From: Octopus sinensis
Taxonomy: Eukaryota
Direction: 5' to 3'
Assembly (NCBI RefSeq): GCF_006345805.1
Contig: NC_043009.1
Location: 9,300,001 to 9,364,000, forward strand
DNA: 64,000 nt
Of the stretch, positions 37,088-48,913 are shown piece after piece. Each line of letters starts with the position of its first letter. The stretch's first letter is position 1. A program made the translations under genes and the position numbers. Below the pieces are notes generated by a model. It did not search any database and was not told the DNA's origin. It saw only the letters and a program-made list of their open reading frames with translations.

Positions 37088-37330
37088 ATATAAATATATG
37101 AAAGAATGGAGTTGAACGACGAATTAACAAAATTCCTTTATTTTCGACATATGTTTCGAAGCTGCATATTCCTAAATGCGAAGGAATGAGGAGTACATTA
37201 TGCCGCTTTCTCATCAGGAAAAGCAAGGAACTTATGTCAACATCAAAATGCACAAAAACTTTTAGATGATTGCTCACACGGAGGAATTTTGTTAATTCGT
37301 CGTTCAACTCCATTCTTTCATATATTTATA
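37088..37330. repeat. Inverted repeat, ~49-bp arms (37088-37137 / 37282-37330), enclosing the intact hammerhead
   Basis: tataaatatatgaaagaatggagttgaacgacgaattaacaaaattcct and its reverse complement. Confidence 0.9.
37141..37222 (-). ncRNA. Type I hammerhead ribozyme, intact core, Penelope-like-element type
   Basis: Minus strand: UUUUC (stem I) - CUGAUGA - extended stem II (GAAAGC/GCUUC, GCAUA/UAUGC) - GAAA - palindromic stem III ACAUAUGU - C17 - GAAAA (stem I). GUC cleavage triplet. Confidence 0.85.
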
Positions 37331-37479
37331 TTTTTAAAATAAACATACAAATTTCCACACGAAAGCATGTAATCTATGCCCTAGGCACGTAACTTCAACC
37401 GTGTTTTTTCTGATGTGAATTTGCTACCAGGTATCGGTTAATTCGAATTATCCATAATAAGATAATTCATTCAACTACT

Positions 37480-37546
<67 letters not shown>

Positions 37547-37610
37547 CTTTGCACAGACCTACACATGTTTCAACTACACTGATTAGTAACTGTTGCAATT
37601 GCAACCCAAC

Positions 37611-38290
37611 TTAGTTAGTTAGTTAGTTAATTTGGCTCAAAAGCAAATAGCAAGGCCATGTAGGGGGACATGGAGTTAAGTACAGGGTGGTGTTCATGTA
37701 AAGAGTTCAGGCCACTTGAGGTCCAGGGAGGCTTTGAACAAAGCGGTCGTCGGCATCTTCACCATCTCGTCTGGAAGCTTGTTCCACGAATCCGCAACCC
37801 GGACGGAGAAAGCTCCTCTCCTTCGATTGAGATGAAATCGTCGCAGGTAGAGCTTTTCGGAATGACCCCGCTGCCGACGCTCTGGAGCAGGAGTGAAGAA
37901 CAGCTCTTTCGAGAGGTTACACTTTCCGCTTATGATGTTGTGGGCGAGAATGAGATCACCACGGCGGCGGCGTTTTTCAAGAGAATAAAGGTCGAGCATC
38001 CTCAGCCTTTCTTCGTAGGACAAATTTTTGAGACCATGAACTATGCGGGTAGCCAGCTTCTGGACTCTTTCGAGATGCTGTATTCTTTGAGGAGATAAGG
38101 AGAAGAGGCTTGAATCCCATACTCCAATATGGGACTCACCAGCGTGACATAGAGTGGCAGGAATATGGCTGCTGTGAGCATTCCGAATGACCGTCGAATC
38201 AAGAACAGAATTCCGCGTGCTTTGTTGGCAGCATGGACGCATTGGGCCGAAGGCGAAAAGGAGGAATCCACCAAGATACCCAGGTCCTTT
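37611..38290 (-). mobile_element. CR1/L2-group LINE, 3' fragment with (TAAC)n tail
   Basis: PLYVTLVSPILEYG..., LERVQKLATR...LSYEERLRMLDLYSLEKRRRRGDLI, FSVRVADSWNKLP; short UTR, then a tetranucleotide tail at 37611-37630. Confidence 0.85.
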
Positions 38291-38364
38291 ACCTATAATA
38301 CAAGAGCAGTTTCTTCAGGGTCCTTCAATTTACACACATGCACATGCACACACACATGTATATA

Positions 38365-38404
<40 letters not shown>

Positions 38405-38590
38405 TGTGTCTTAGGAGGGTCATTACACCAATAATCTTTACAGACACATAGGTTCAATTCCACTTCTTTACGGTTAGTCAACTGGTTAACTATCAAATCA
38501 AGTAACTGTTTAATATGTTAGTTAAACAGTCAGTTGTTTGTTTGTTAGTCTTACCAAGCAAACCATCAATTAATATATATATATATATAT

Positions 38591-38695
38591 ATCAGAACTA
38601 GAGAATAAAAGAATTACAATGCTTACTGCTATTATTGTAGTGGAATGATACAATAATAGCAGTACTGCTAAATTCTTTTATTCTCTAGTTCTGAT
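38591..38695. repeat. Inverted repeat (38591-38639 / 38649-38695) whose right arm runs into CTGATGA
   Basis: atcagaactagagaataaaagaatt...actgctattattgta against tacaataatagcagt...aattcttttattctctagttctgat. Confidence 0.85.
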
Positions 38696-40034
38696 GAAAA
38701 ATTTACTAAAAAATTATAGTGGAGTATCCTGTATGTTTAAAACCTGTATGGTCTTATGCAACCGAGGAGAGCGGCTTATTTCAAATTGATGTAATGCTTG
38801 CATTGATCAATTAAATGGAGCGCTTGAATGGCTGGACATCCTTGTTAGTTATTTGCTTTTTATTCACTAACTTCAAGCTGTGCGGACGATACCGGACTGA
38901 GTTGGTGCTTCAACTTAGGTACCTAATTCAACTGAATCTTAATTATTTCTTATATATATAAATGATGATGTGTGTGTGCGTGTGTGTGCAAGTGTGTTGT
39001 GTGTGTGTTTGTGTGTGTGTTTGTTTGCTTGTGTGTGGTTGTGAGCATGTGCATGTGTGAAGGGAGTGTTTGACCCTCCACCACAGCCACCACTGGAAAA
39101 CCAGTGTTGACTTGTTAATAGCTCCCATAACTTAATGGTTTGGGAAAAGAGACTGATAAAATAAATACCTGACTTTAAAAGGATCAGGTATTTGCTTGAG
39201 TAAAACCCTTTGAAGTGGTGCCACAGCCATGGCTGCAGTCCACTGAATGAAACAAATAAAAGTTGAAAGATAAAAGATATACATCCAATACACACACATG
39301 CACACACACACACACACACACGCACATTCACACACACACACATGCGTGCACACACACACACACACACATTCAAGTATAACATAAAGTGAATATTTAACAT
39401 TGTGTATATTAGACAACCAATGTACTAAACATAGTTCAATGTAAACATGAAAGTTGTAAACTTGATGACTCCAACTGTTATACATGTACAACATTTTCAC
39501 ACTAGTTGACAATGCTTTTACAACAAGGTATCGTAATAGCATATAAAACAAGGCTAGATATTAAAATATTACTTGATAACACATGAAACCCTAAAATAGT
39601 AACAATGGAAAATTTATTAATTTATTTTATTAATAAAATTTTCATCATCTGCTAATGACTGTTTTCCAGTTTTCCATGGAATGAATGTTTTGACAGGAGT
39701 TGGCTAGCCACATGACTGTGCCACGTTCCAGTGTCTGCTTTGGCTGGTTACTCTTTCTAGTCTAACCACTTTACAAGAGTGTACTGGGTGTTTTCTTACA
39801 TGGTACTGGCACCACTGAGATCACCAAGAAACTCACAAGACAAGTCTCCACAACTCAGATGGGAGTAGTACTGAGGAGGGTGGCTTTATGTTATGTCATG
39901 AGAGGTTCAGGTATGATTGAGAGACATAAACAGATGTCTTGTCGTGGGGGAGATGTATGGTTATCTCAGTTGAAAAAAAGAAAATATGTGTAGTGAAGAT
40001 TTATCAGGGCATGTCCACAAGTTACAGGAAAATG

Positions 40035-41674
40035 TATGAGGATCAGCCGAAAAGTCCATAGGCTGACCAAGATACTCTCATGGAATGTGACCAAGTGAGA
40101 TTCATTTTTCAATTTAGTCACCCTTGTGGTCCACATACTTCTTCCATTGGTGTTGAAGAGCTAAAATCCTGTTGGTCAAATAAGCCATCAACAGTAGATA
40201 TGATGTTATCATCACTGCGATACTGGTTCCCAGCCAAATGCTTTTTCATGTTGGAGAATAAATGATAGTCAGAAGGGGCCAAATCAGGAGAATATGGATG
40301 GTGATCAGTTCAAAGTCAGTCACACTAAGGAGCCATTGAAACCAATGACTTGTGCACTGGAGCATTTCCTGATGAAACAAGACCCATCTCGTTAGTTTTC
40401 CTGGGCATTTGGTCTTGATAGTCTTTTGTACCTGCCTCAGCAAGTTGGCATGGTATTCTCCATTGATGGTGTGACCCTTTTGAAGACAGTCAATAAACAC
40501 AATGCCCGTTACATCCCAAAACAACTGAGGCCATTACCTTCCCTGCAGATGAAATGACTTTGACCTTCTTTGGAGCAGATGAGGAGGGGTTAGGAAACAT
40601 TCAAGGAGATCAGCTGGACCCGCCTCAAACAATGCCAGATTTTCCTGTGATGTGATCAGCCTGGTGCATTTTGATCAGGGGTCAGAAGACATGGCAGCCA
40701 CTGAACAGAAACCTTCACCATGCCAAATTCATTGTGTAGAATATTCTCAACTCTTTTACTGGATATGCTAGTAGCATTGACTATTAGATTTATAGTCACT
40801 TTCTTATTTCTTTGTTGCCCACAAAGGACTAAACATAGAGGGGACAAACAAGGACAGACAAACGGATTAAGCCAATTACATCGACCCCAGTGTGTAACTG
40901 GTTCTTAATTTATCAACCCCCAAAAGGATGAACGGCAAAGTCAACCTCAGCGGAATTTGAACTCAGAACGTAAAGACAGACGAAATACTGTTAAGCGTTT
41001 CACCTGGTGTGCTAACGTTTATACCAGCTCGCCACCTTTTATAGCCACTTGCTTGTCATCCATCACCATGTGCTGAACACAATCAATGTTTACCTCAGTT
41101 TGGTAGTTGCAGGACATCCAGACCTTGGATCATCTTCGAGACTCTCTCTTCCTAAATTCAGTTACCCAGTTTTGCACTGTTGATAAAGCTGGAATGTCCT
41201 CCTGTAATGCAGTAAGTGTGTCAGAATGGATGTCATTGGACACTAAATCCTTTTTTTGCTGCTGCTTAATAACAGCATGATGTGAAATTTTGTCTATTTT
41301 TCAGAGGAATTACTTTTCAAGTCTTCTTTGAACAGTTTACCTGAAATGAAACAATGCAGTTAATAAGAAGAGTTGAAATTAACCCTTTCGTTACCAACCC
41401 GGCTGAAACCGGTTCTGGCTCTGAGTACAAATGTCTTGTTTTCAGAAGTTTTGAATTAAAATCTTCCAAACCCTAGTCACAGTCTATGTTCCTAACACTA
41501 GCTGAATGATAACTAAGTTATTTTACTAGATTCTTTGTTATATTCAAAGTAATTCAAAGAAACACAGAGCATCTCAAAATAAATACAGTAATGAAAGGGT
41601 TAATGCATGAAAAATTTCACGGCTCTAGCATCACTCTTTCACAGTCAACCTATGAACTTTCCAGCCCTCCCACA
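40035..41674 (-). mobile_element. Decayed mariner transposon with nested insertions
   Basis: TIRs tatgaggatcagccgaaaagtccataggctgac (40035) and gtcaacctatgaactttccagccctcc (41644). Transposase remnants FWD..GIVFID.LQKGHTINGEY.ANLL and HPPYSPDLAPSDYHLFP.MKKHLAG. Confidence 0.85.
41383..41599. mobile_element. piggyBac-type MITE inside the mariner
   Basis: TTAA on both sides (41379-41382, 41600-41603); TIRs ccctttcgttac / gtaatgaaaggg match at 11 of 12 positions. Confidence 0.85.
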
Positions 41675-42072
41675 AATGTTAGAGAAATGGTGTGGATGAT
41701 TAAGTGTGTGAGAGTATGAAAGGAGTTTGGCAGGTGGGTAGAGATGGGGATAGAGGAAATGAGAAAAGCAAACTAAAACTCAATATGTATATTACACATG
41801 TGAAGTAAACTTGAAAATAACCAAGAGTTAAGCCTTAAAAATTAAATGAAATGACTATGATTTTGTAGGTTATATTGCATTCTCATAATCCTTTGAATCT
41901 TACTACAATATGTGATGACACAGCACCACAACCTTCATTTTTCAGAAGATGAGAACTAGTAGATTTGGAAATCTTATTGGACCTGGTTACATTATTGTTC
42001 AACCTAAACATAAATGTTGAATACGAAAATATGAAAAATCTCTCTATCTCTCTTTATATATATATATATATA

Positions 42073-42969
42073 GGCGCAGGAGTGGCTGTTTGGTAAGTAG
42101 CTTGCTAACCAACCACATGGTTCCGGGTTCAGTCCCACTGCGTGGCATCTTGGGCAAGTGTCTTCTGCTATAGCCCCGGGCCGACCAATGCCTTGTGAGT
42201 GGATTTGGTAGACGGAAACTGAAAGAAGCCTGTCGTATATATGTATATATATATAAGTGTGTGTGAATATGTTTGTGTGTCTGTGTTTGTTCCCCTAGCA
42301 TTGCTTGACAACCGATGCTGGTGTGTTTACGTCCCCGTCACTTAGCGGTTCGGCAAAAGAGACCGATAGAATAAGTACTGGGCTTACAAAGAATAAGTCC
42401 CGGGGTCGATTTGCTCGACTAAAGGCGGTGCTCCAGCATGGCCGCAGTCAAATGACTGAAACAAGTAAAAAGAGTAAAAAGAGAAAGAGTAATATATATA
42501 TATATATATACCATCATCATCATCATCATCGTTTAAACGTCCGCTTTCCATGCTACCATGGGTATATAATATGTGTGTGTGTAAATATATTTACCAAATA
42601 GGTTGGATCTGGAACTGACATTAGATTGTGAAACTGCATGCCGGCATGCATAGGTGTATACAGGTGTCTGTTTGTATATGGTATGTACTTGGATGTGCAG
42701 ATCTCAACCCTCACTTGGTGTCCTTAATATTGAAATGTCAAAAAGTCACATGTTAAAAAAAGAAGCACTCTGTATAGGAAATAGAACTAAATAATTTCAT
42801 ACACATATATAGGTGCAGGAGTGGCTGTGCGGTAAGTAGCTTCCTTATGAACCACATGGTTCCAGGTTCATTCCCACTGCATGGCACTTTGGACAAATGT
42901 CTTCTACTATAGCCTTGGACTGACCAAAGCCTTGTGAGTGGATTTGGTAGATGGAAACTGAAAGAAACT

Positions 42970-43011
<42 letters not shown>

Positions 43012-43650
43012 ATATATGTTTGTCTCCCCAACATCGCTTGACAACCGATGCTGGTGTATTTTCGTCCCCGTAAGTTAGCGGTTCGGCAAAAGAGAACAAT
43101 AGAATAAGTACTAGGCTTACAAAGAATAAGTCCTGGGGTCGATTTGCTTCACTAAAGGCGGTGCTCCAGCATGGCCACAGTCAAATGACTGAAACAAGTA
43201 AAAGAGTAAAAGAGAGTAGAGTAAGAGTACACACACACAAACGCACACATATATATACATCTTTTACCTTTTACATTTTACTTGTTTCAGTCATGTGACT
43301 GCGGCCATGCTGGAGCACCAACTTGAAGAATTTTTAATGGAATGAATTAACCCCAGCATTTATATTTTTTAAGCTTGGTACTTATTTTATCTGTCTCTTT
43401 TGCTGAACCTCTAAGTTACAGGGACCTAAACTCCCTAACACTGGTTGGGGGACAAACGCAGATGCAAAGACACACACACAACACATGATGGACTTCTTTC
43501 AGTTTCTATCTATCATATCCACTTACAAGGCTTTGGTCTGCTTTGAGGCTGTAGTAGAATACACTTACCTGAGGTGCTGTGCAGTGGGACTGAACCCCGA
43601 ACCTTGCGGCCAGAGTGCAAGCTTCCTACCACACAGTCATGCCTGCGCCT
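42073..43650. mobile_element. Cluster of three SINE family A copies (42073-42480 +, 42812-43210 +, ~43262-43650 -)
   Basis: Repeated head and tail motifs. Confidence 0.88.
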
Positions 43651-44099
43651 ATATAATAAACACACACACACACGCGCATACACATATATAGCTCTTTTAC
43701 TTGTGTCAATAATTATACAACAGTTATACCAGGGTGCTGCCTTGAAGCATCTTTTTATGTCAGTCAACCATATTAACCCCATATTCATTTTTTAAAAGTC
43801 TGCTATGTATTTTATCGATTTCTATTTAACACACTTCTAAGTCATGGGTCCAAAAATGCACACAGTTTTTTTTTAGACAAATGTAAACACAACCATGCCC
43901 CCACAGACACCTATCATTTCCATTCACAAGATAGAAAACATTCAACATGTCAGGTAGAAGGATTGAACCTGAGACCCTGAGATTATGTGGTTGCAAAGAA
44001 ATATCTTAACTAACCAACCATGACTATACATACATATACACCTACCCACCGAAATACAGACTTATATTTCTGTTCAAATTTTGAAACACACACACACAC

Positions 44100-44720
44100 A
44101 TATATATGTATATGTATGTATGTGTGTATGTATGTATGTGTGTATGTATGCGTGTGTGTAAGTATGTATCTGTGTGTGCATGTATGTATGTATGTGTGTA
44201 TGTGTGTATGTATGCATGTGTGTATGTGTGTATGTATGTATGTATGTATGTATGCATGTGTGTATGTGTGTATGTATGTATGTGTGTATGTATGTGTCTG
44301 TGTATGTATGTGTGTATGTATGTATGTGTGTGTATGTATGTATTTATGTATGTATGTATGTATGTATGTATGTATGTATGTGTGTGTGTATGTATGTATG
44401 TATGTATGTATGTGTGTGTATGTATGTATTTATGTATGTATGTATGTATGTGTGTGTGTGCATGTATGTATGTATGTGTGTATGTGTGTATGTATGCATG
44501 TGTGTATGTGTGTATGTATGTATGTATGTATGTATGCATGTGTGTATGTGTGTATGTATGTGTGTGTGTATGTATGTGTGTATGTATGTATGTGTGTGTA
44601 TTATTGTATTTATGTATGTGATGTATGTATGTGTGTGTGTGTATGTATGTATGTATGTATGTATGGGTGTGTATGTTTTATGTTATGTATGTTATGTAGG
44701 TTGTATGTGTGTGTGTGTAT
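44100..44720. repeat. (TATG/TG)n compound microsatellite; the complementary type lies at 52100-52445
   Basis: Read directly from the sequence. Confidence 0.95.
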
Positions 44721-45145
44721 GTTGATGCATTTTGTATGTATACATACATAAATACAAACACAAACAACATGTATATATAATATATACAACATCATATATA
44801 TACATATGTCTGTATGCATGCATATGTTTGTGTATATTTGTTTTATTATTATCATCATTTAATGTTTTTTATACTAGCATGGGTAACACACACACACACA
44901 CAATGTATGTCTAATACAAACACTGACTTGTATTTCTATTTATGTGTACATATGTATTTGTATATATGTATGTGTGTATATATGTGTATATGTATATAAA
45001 TAAATAGACAGATATATGTATATATAAAGCTTTATAGCACATGTATGTGTATAAAGAATAATTGCATTGTACAAAAACATATTCTATAATTTATAGAATA
45101 TGCAATAAACTCTATATATATATATATACAATTTATATATACATA

Positions 45146-45176
<31 letters not shown>

Positions 45177-45438
45177 TTATGTATATATACATATATATAT
45201 ATATATAAGATATATATATATATATATATTTCTATATCTATAGTATTATATATATACACAATCACATTACATATTATAATATACATACACACACACACTA
45301 CACATATATATATATGATATTCATACATATAATACACAGATATATGCATATACATTTATATCTACACATGTATCCAGTATAAATAGCCCAGTGTGTGAAA
45401 ATATATATAATATATTAGTATGTATATAGGTATATGTA

Positions 45439-45503
<65 letters not shown>

Positions 45504-45584
45504 AATGTATATATATATGTGTGTGTGTATATTATATATATGTATACTTTCTGGAGGTATTATATATGTATATATATATATAAG

Positions 45585-45624
<40 letters not shown>

Positions 45625-45629
45625 TGACA

Positions 45630-45730
45630 CTGCATCTTTAAGGCCCTCATGCTTTCCGAAATCCGCCGAAACTTCACCTGATTATATATACACTTTAGAT
45701 GAGTTGTAGTGCACCTGAGCACTGTACACA

Positions 45731-45770
<40 letters not shown>
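45630..45770 (+). mobile_element. Short 3' tail of a CR1-related family with (ATT)n
   Basis: gttgtagtgcacctgagcactgtacacaattattatt resembles the 3' terminus of the CR1 remnant at ~4250-4290. Confidence 0.5.
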
Positions 45771-45772
<2 letters not shown>

Positions 45773-46689
45773 TATATATATATAATATATATATATATAA
45801 TATATATATATATAATATATAAATTCTAGCCAAATATAATATCGTTCAATATTCCAAATTTACTCTTGTTAGGCTTGTAAAAATTAGTTTTAATCGACAC
45901 ACACAGATAATATAGATATGCACATACACACACATAGTTAAATATAAAAATGGATGCTCTTGATAATTAGGGTAGTGTATTTTAACGCAAACTACTAGAA
46001 AATATTCGTCACACCATTCCTAGATCAGCTATGAATTTCATGTTGACTGGTTTTTCCTTTAGCAAAACGTATTTTGTAATAGTTTGGAAAATACAACATG
46101 AATGAAAGAGATAAACATTGTAAAAGCTGGAGAAAAACTGGGTCTAAGAAAGCACCGAAAAGTACATAAGACATTGCATAGAAGTAATAAAAGAAAAATA
46201 AACAAACAAACACACACATCCCTCCTCCCAATTCATCTTTTATTTAGTTACCAAACACACAGTGTCAACTCACAACTTAAAACCCAATTGGTTAATTTCA
46301 GCTGTTATAATAACCCCCGCGGCAAATATATTGAGAGAAAAAAATAGGTTTTAACTATTAAAAAATCACTTTTGAAAAAGTGCAATATTATGAAACAGTT
46401 TCATTTAAATTTTATATATGCATTTGAAAACTTTCTATGCGTAAATTTTATTTTATGTCAATTAAAAATCTAAATATTCGCCGGCGTAACTCAGCTGTTC
46501 TTTTTACCTCCTACGAAATTCATAAAATGGCTGTCTATGAATGGATATATCGTGGTACTAAGTACTATTATGGTTGAATAATTGAAATTTCCACTATTTA
46601 AAATATTGAAATAAAGTTATAAATGGAATAAGAGTTCAATGGAGCATTAGCAACCGTTGGTTAAATTTTATTGCTAGAGTATGTTTTTA

Positions 46690-46990
46690 CTTTTGTGAGC
46701 CTTTGAATGCTGTCCCGTATCGATGAGTAGTAAGCAAAGAGGTTAGCAGCAGCAGGCTCCCCCCTCTGCGCACTCCCTCTCTCTGTCTTTCTCTCTCTTC
46801 AGCTTCCCCCATTCTTAGTTTAACCTATCATTAACCAAGCTGATTTATTATGTGGGTCACTCTTAACATTATTATTAAACCAACATGGCGGAGTGCTAAC
46901 GTGGTGCGCTATTAAACTGGAACGGCGTGAAAACGCAGCTTTTTTTGGGCCCGTGGCACCGATTGCAAGCTATGACAGCGAAGGTGAGTA
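46690..46990. promoter_or_regulatory. Candidate bidirectional, CpG-enriched promoter region
   Basis: Local CpG/GC enrichment. YY1-like AACATGGCG at 46882-46890 and a strong + donor AAG|gtgagt at 46984; a minus-strand donor at 46690; no SINEs from ~45.8 to 52 kb. Confidence 0.55.
46885..46983 (+). other. Candidate first exon containing a 4-codon uORF (MAEC*, 46885-46899) and ATG ACA GCG AAG (46972-46983)
   Basis: Sequence reading plus the consensus donor GTGAGT; the transcription start is not determined. Confidence 0.45.
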
Positions 46991-48167
46991 TTTTGTTGTG
47001 GGCTGAGAGGGCCCGTTTAGGACCCTGAAATAACGGTTAGCGCGTCAGGCCGAGTTAACAGTTATGTTCTTTTGTGCTACTTTGTATATGTACTCTATAT
47101 ATGTATCTCTCTCTTTGTACCTTTCTTCCTGTCTATCTCTTTCCAGCACGCACACCTACACTGCGCATAATCATATACATTCGTGCACACAAACTTCAAC
47201 AGACACTACTGTACACCTACACACGCGCACACACTTATCATCGCTCTACAAAGGGGAGAACATCTCTTTGTCACCAAGGAAAGTCTCATAATAACAAAAA
47301 CAAGCGTATAAAAGAACAACAAAACAATAATAATCACGAAAAGAAAGAAAAATTATGATGTTCCGTTATGTTGTAAAAGAATACAAAAAAGAATAAATAG
47401 AAATTGTCAAAGAGAAAGTAAGCTCTGAATATTTTGCGAAACGATCGCTGGATCCTTTTAAAACTGGAAAAAAGTGGACAAGAGAATTCCTTTTGTGTTG
47501 ATTTTTTAAATGTATGATTGTTATTAAAAAATACAACAGAATTTAAGACAATTAGAAATACTTCTACGTACTTTCTAGGCCCTGTGTATTTACATTTTCT
47601 TTTTGTTTTCAAAATTTCTTTCCCGGTTGCTTTAATACATTTTTTTTGTATCTTCGCGCACATGTAAGGTTTGGTTTTATTTTAGAATTTAAAGAAATGC
47701 AAGTAAAAATATTCTTTATTGTCAATGAATTATGTTTTTGGCTCCAACATGTTTAGACGGTAGGCTCAGATTTTCAAACTGGTAGAACATTTATTAGAAA
47801 GAATAAATCCCTTAAGGGCAGCTGAAGCGCTTTATGGTGCTTTCCCCTCACCCTTTGTATTTTTTAAGCTATTTTATGCATTTTCCCCTTGTGTTGATAT
47901 TTCCTTCAGTAAGGAAACGAAACCGGCAATTCGTTCACCAATTTTAGCTCAGTTCTTCTATTCCCCCAGTTTGTATATTTTAAAAATCAATACTGGATTT
48001 ATTTGGTAACGGCTTTTTGCGGAATTTTCTCTATATTTCGTTGCAGTCATTCCATAAATGCTTTGTTTCCTTTTGTTCTACTTCCTTCACTCCGACACTG
48101 GATCACTCTTCCATCCTTTCTTTTCCCCCTTTTTTGCATTCACATCATCCGCGGTTTGTAATCTGTT

Positions 48168-48206
<39 letters not shown>

Positions 48207-48300
48207 TATATTAATGTATGTTCGGAAACATTTAATCCTTCTGAATTCGTAACCCTCGTTTACATAAACTAAAACGTTTGTATTAGTTTCTATCTGTCTG

Positions 48301-48366
<66 letters not shown>

Positions 48367-48753
48367 CCTCTCTCTCTCCATCTCTCTCTCTCTCTCTCTC
48401 TATCTATCTAAATGCACACGCGCGAGCGCGTGTGTGCATTTATTTTGTAAACACACGCACATATATGTTTATGTGTTAAGGAGGTGATATGAATCTGGGG
48501 TGAATCAGTACGGGGAACTACCATACTCGGACCCTTTCAAGAAAGAGTTCTTCTAATCGTTATTGTAAATTTGTTGTGGCAGATGCGGCCCGACCCATAG
48601 GCAATTTCCCCTTGTCCGTATCTAAACTTATTGTTCGGTATTCATTTATCTTTGCTATCCAAATTTATTATTTTATTTTTTATATCTTTTCGAAAATGAT
48701 ATGAAACAACCTCTCCGTGCCAGTATGTATATATATAATATATATATATATAA

Positions 48754-48800
<47 letters not shown>

Positions 48801-48868
48801 TATTATATATTTATATAATAATATGAAACAATCTCTCTGTGCCAGTATATATTTATGTATATATATAT

Positions 48869-48913
<45 letters not shown>

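Noticed and set aside
37405-37465. Hammerhead-like CTGATGT...GAATT/AATTC...GAAT
   Set aside because: Two or more core positions are non-canonical; it cannot be distinguished from chance in AT-rich DNA.
48290-48410. Another (ATCT)n tract that might hold a Tx1 insertion
   Set aside because: No Tx1 sequence on either side. It is an empty potential target, useful only as a control.
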